From an uncultured delta proteobacterium (lineage in GTDB: Bacteria; Myxococcota; Myxococcia; Myxococcales; Myxococcaceae): a stretch of DNA of 64,000 nucleotides. The DNA is taken from assembly GCA_963796055.1 (NCBI GenBank), contig CAWCKH010000003.1:96001-160000 (forward strand), read 5' to 3'. Numbering within the stretch: position 1 is the first letter of the stretch; each line of letters starts with the position of its first letter. The translations under genes and the position numbers were made by a program. Shown here one piece after another: positions 61,210 to 64,000 of the stretch. A model generated the notes under the pieces. The model did not search any database and was not told the origin of the DNA. It saw only the letters and a list, made by a program, of their open reading frames with translations.

Positions 61210-61391
61210 TGCCGGGCACTGATCACCGCAAGCAATCGCTGTATTTCCCCGAGGAGATGCTGATGGAGATCCAGCATGAGGCGACGCGGCAGGACCGCTC
61301 GCTCTCCTGGATCGTCCAGCAGGCCTGGAAGGTCGCCCGCGGCGACATCCAGAAGATGCCCTCGGTGAACGACGTCCTCGCCGGACGATGA
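61209..61391 (+). CDS. TIGR04563-family small protein (copy 2)
   Basis: MPGTDHRKQSLYFPEEMLMEIQHEATRQDRSLSWIVQQAWKVAR; TGATG coupling to copy 1. Confidence 0.88.
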   Translation: MPGTDHRKQSLYFPEEMLMEIQHEATRQDRSLSWIVQQAWKVARGDIQKMPSVNDVLAGR

Positions 61392-61397
61392 GCGAGC

Positions 61398-61419
61398 CCG
61401 CCGGGTAGACGCCCGGCGG
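61398..61419 (+). terminator. GC hairpin after the TIGR04563 pair
   Basis: CCGCCGGG-TAGACG-CCCGGCGG; no strong U-tract. Confidence 0.4.
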
Positions 61420-61471
61420 TCCACTCTCCTGCCGCTGACGCGCGGGTGCTAGGAGCCTGTAGGCCATAGCT

Positions 61472-61551
61472 GACTGCGGCCGCCCGGACTTCGCCGACTG
61501 CAGCCCACCTGACGGCACTCTGACCCGTACCTCGACTGCGGCCGCCCTGAC
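61472..61551. repeat. Three imperfect 18-bp direct repeats
   Basis: GACTGCGGCCGCCCGGAC (61472), GACTGCAGCCCACCTGAC (61496), GACTGCGGCCGCCCTGAC (61534). Confidence 0.55.
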
Positions 61552-63246
61552 CTAGGCGGCCTCTGCCTCCAGCTTGAAGCCGCCGCGCTCGAGCATCTGC
61601 TTCAGCTCGGTCTTGTGGATGGCCTTGGTGTAGGCCTCCTGGGGCTCGACCAGCTTCTTCTTCACCAGGTCGAACAGGGCGTCATTCAGGGTCTGCATCC
61701 CCACGCCCTTGCCGGTCTGCATCGTCGAGGGGATCTGGAAGGTCTTCCCCTCGCGGATGAGGTTGGCCACGCCGGAGGTGGCGATGAGGATCTCCATCGC
61801 TGCCACCCGGCCGCCCCCGATCTTCTTGCACAGCGTCTGGGTGATGACGCCCTTGAGGCTCTCGCTGAGCATCATCCGGATCTGCTCCTGCCGGTCGGCA
61901 GGGAACTGGTCGATGATCCGGTCCACCGTGCTGGGCGCGGTGTTGGTGTGGAGGGTCCCGAAGACCAGGTGACCGGTCTCCGCTGTCTCGATGGCGATGG
62001 CGATGGTCTCGAGGTCGCGCATTTCGCCCACCAGCACGATGTCCGGATCCTCGCGGAGGGCCGCCCGCAGCGCATGCTTGAAGGACCCGGTGTGCACGCC
62101 AATCTCCCGCTGGTTCACCAGGCACCGGCGGTTGGGGTGCACGAACTCGATCGGGTCCTCGATGGTGATGATGTGATCGTCCCGGTTCCGGTTGATGTGG
62201 TCGATCATCGAGGCCAGGGTGGTGCTCTTGCCCGATCCCGTCGGACCGGTGACCACCACCAGGCCCTTGTTGAGGAAGCAGAGGTCCAGCACCGCCTGGG
62301 AGAGGCCCATCTCCTGTGCGGTACGGATGGTGTTGGGGATCTGCCGCATCACGCAGCCGATGCCCTTGCGGTCCTCGAAGAAGTTCACCCGGAAGCGGGC
62401 CCGCGGCGTCTCGTGGGCGAAGTCGGTGTCCTTGATGGACAGCCACTGCTCCCGGTTCTTCTCCGGGGCGATGGAGAATAAGAGATCTTTGAGGCGGCCC
62501 GGTGACAGCGGCGGATACCCCTCGATGGGAGTCATGTCCCCGTCCACCCGGATGATGGGGGTGGTGTCCGACGAGAGGTGAAGGTCGGAGGCCTTTCGGT
62601 CCAGCATGAAGTTCAGCAGCTGGTCCATCGCCGCGGCCGGATCCGCGGACGGAGCGAGAGCCGGGGCCGCCGGCCTCGCGGCGCGGGCTGGCTCCGATGC
62701 CGGGGCCGCCGCCGGGGCGGGCGCGGCGGCCTTCCCGGGCGCCTGGGGAGGCGAGCCCGGGAGATCGCGGAACTGGATGTCCTTGGCCACCCCGCGGCGC
62801 AAGCCCGACTGAGAGCCGGCGGGGATGCCGACCGCTGCGGGGGTGGGGGGCGTGCCGGCGACCGCCGTGCCGGAGCCGTGCATGTACTCGTGCAGCATCT
62901 CGGCGGCCGAGGCGAGCTCGATCGGCTCCCCCTCCTCCTCGGCGCCCCGCTCCGCTGGGCGCACCATGGCGCGGACGTTGCCGCCGTTACGCTCGAAGCT
63001 CACCACCACCCGTCCGGCCGGGGCGCCGTACTCGAACCGGGTGGTCCCCAGCGCGGGGAACGTGGTGCGCATCTCGCTCGGCACGAGCTCGGCGAACACC
63101 CCGGCGATCTGCTGCGCGGTGAGCTGCTGCCTGAGCACCGGGACGTCGCCCGCGCCGGTGCGCATCACGGCGGGGGCGCCGGTGTCGAACAGCAGCTCGG
63201 TGCCCTCCTTCAGGAGGCGCTCGAAGATCGGATCCAGCCTGGCCAC
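61552..63246 (-). CDS. pilT: PilT/PilU-family type IV pilus ATPase with an extra N-terminal domain
   Basis: ASDLHL, GPTGSGKSTT, TIEDPIE, ALREDPD..LVGEMRD, GHLVFGTLHT, NLIREGK, GMQT. Confidence 0.9.
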   Translation of the reverse strand: MARLDPIFERLLKEGTELLFDTGAPAVMRTGAGDVPVLRQQLTAQQIAGVFAELVPSEMRTTFPALGTTRFEYGAPAGRVVVSFERNGGNVRAMVRPAERGAEEEGEPIELASAAEMLHEYMHGSGTAVAGTPPTPAAVGIPAGSQSGLRRGVAKDIQFRDLPGSPPQAPGKAAAPAPAAAPASEPARAARPAAPALAPSADPAAAMDQLLNFMLDRKASDLHLSSDTTPIIRVDGDMTPIEGYPPLSPGRLKDLLFSIAPEKNREQWLSIKDTDFAHETPRARFRVNFFEDRKGIGCVMRQIPNTIRTAQEMGLSQAVLDLCFLNKGLVVVTGPTGSGKSTTLASMIDHINRNRDDHIITIEDPIEFVHPNRRCLVNQREIGVHTGSFKHALRAALREDPDIVLVGEMRDLETIAIAIETAETGHLVFGTLHTNTAPSTVDRIIDQFPADRQEQIRMMLSESLKGVITQTLCKKIGGGRVAAMEILIATSGVANLIREGKTFQIPSTMQTGKGVGMQTLNDALFDLVKKKLVEPQEAYTKAIHKTELKQMLERGGFKLEAEAA

Positions 63247-63262
63247 GATCGGAGAGTGTACT

Positions 63263-64000
63263 TCAGACCGCCTCGCTGCTCGCCTGTCCGGCAGGCGGAG
63301 GCTCGAACCGGGCGATCAGCGGGACGTGGTCAGACAGTCCATGGAACGGACCCCGCCCGAAGGGCTCGGTCCCCGCGAGGTCCACCCACCGGATGCCGTT
63401 CCCACCGAAGAGGTGGTCGAGGTGCATCCGGAGTCGGAAGAAGCCGGCGGTGGGGAACCCGCTGTGCGAACGGTCGATCTGCTTCAGCGCCTCCTGCGCC
63501 CCGACCCATCCCACCTCTTCCGACAGGTACCGGTAGACCGGGGAGGCCGGGGAGGAGTTGAAGTCCCCGCCCACCACGAACGGCTCGCCGGCGGCGTGGG
63601 CCTGGACGAAGGTGGCCAGCTTCTTCGCCTCGATGAGCTGGTTGAGCCCGAAGCCCATCTTCTCCCGCTCGCTCCAGAACTCCCGGGTGAAGGGGGTGGG
63701 CAGGCTGAGGTGGGTGTTGAACACGTGGAACGGGCGCCCCGAGGGCGTGGTCAGCCGCACGTGGGCGCAGATCCGGCTCTGCTTGGTGTCCCTCAGCCGG
63801 GCCACGTGGTGGTGGGTGATGGCGTGCGGGCTGAGCACGTTGTGGCCCTCCACTCGCAGCCGGTCGCGGTTCACCACCACCGCCAGGCCCGTGGTGTAGA
63901 GCGTGGTCGAGCGGAACTGGTAGGTGTGGGCGCGGAAGTGGAACGCGTCGTAGGGGAACACCAGCGCCGCCCGGGCGAAGGTGCCCTCGAATGCGGCCAT
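63263..64000 (-). CDS. Endonuclease/exonuclease/phosphatase family protein (5' part outside the window)
   Basis: FNTHL, GGDFN, LDHLF, SDHVP motifs. Confidence 0.88.
   Translation of the reverse strand: MAAFEGTFARAALVFPYDAFHFRAHTYQFRSTTLYTTGLAVVVNRDRLRVEGHNVLSPHAITHHHVARLRDTKQSRICAHVRLTTPSGRPFHVFNTHLSLPTPFTREFWSEREKMGFGLNQLIEAKKLATFVQAHAAGEPFVVGGDFNSSPASPVYRYLSEEVGWVGAQEALKQIDRSHSGFPTAGFFRLRMHLDHLFGGNGIRWVDLAGTEPFGRGPFHGLSDHVPLIARFEPPPAGQASSEAV

Noticed and set aside
61472..61551. Mini CRISPR array
   Set aside because: Repeats only 18 bp, spacers 6 and 20 bp, no cas genes

Overview
Very high-GC bacterial chromosome segment. Gene content and order point to a myxobacterium (Myxococcota): the TIGR04563 small-protein pair, a PilT paralog, many sigma54 components, and the ftsH-folP-glmM-pdxJ-acpS-nnr-tsaE order. 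It is mostly housekeeping: rnr, moeA, ribA, a lpdA-lipA-E2-lipB lipoate cluster, thiO, thiC with a TPP riboswitch, tRNA-Thr(CGT), dapB, a glutamate dehydrogenase, HtrA, grpE, hutUI, tsaE, nnr, acpS, pdxJ, glmM, acs, folP, ftsH, tilS and pilT, interspersed with small accessory insertions and gene remnants. The most interesting signals lie outside the ORF track. (1) A three-hairpin RNA with a C-rich loop and terminator, Pxr-like in architecture, directly upstream of the tandem TIGR04563 genes. (2) A ~175-nt rod-shaped, 6S-like RNA at a non-canonical locus ahead of a zinc-metallopeptidase/ATP-grasp ligase pair. (3) A self-contained sigma54 envelope module (secreted proteins, TPR/beta-barrel, kinase, enhancer-binding protein) with a visible -24/-12 promoter and tandem enhancer sites driving a divergent DUF4382 lipoprotein. 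(4) A LipB-NUDIX fusion whose 3' end is duplicated around an inserted orphan gene. No CRISPR array, transposase, integrase or rRNA was seen. All calls come from reading the sequence by eye; no searches were run.
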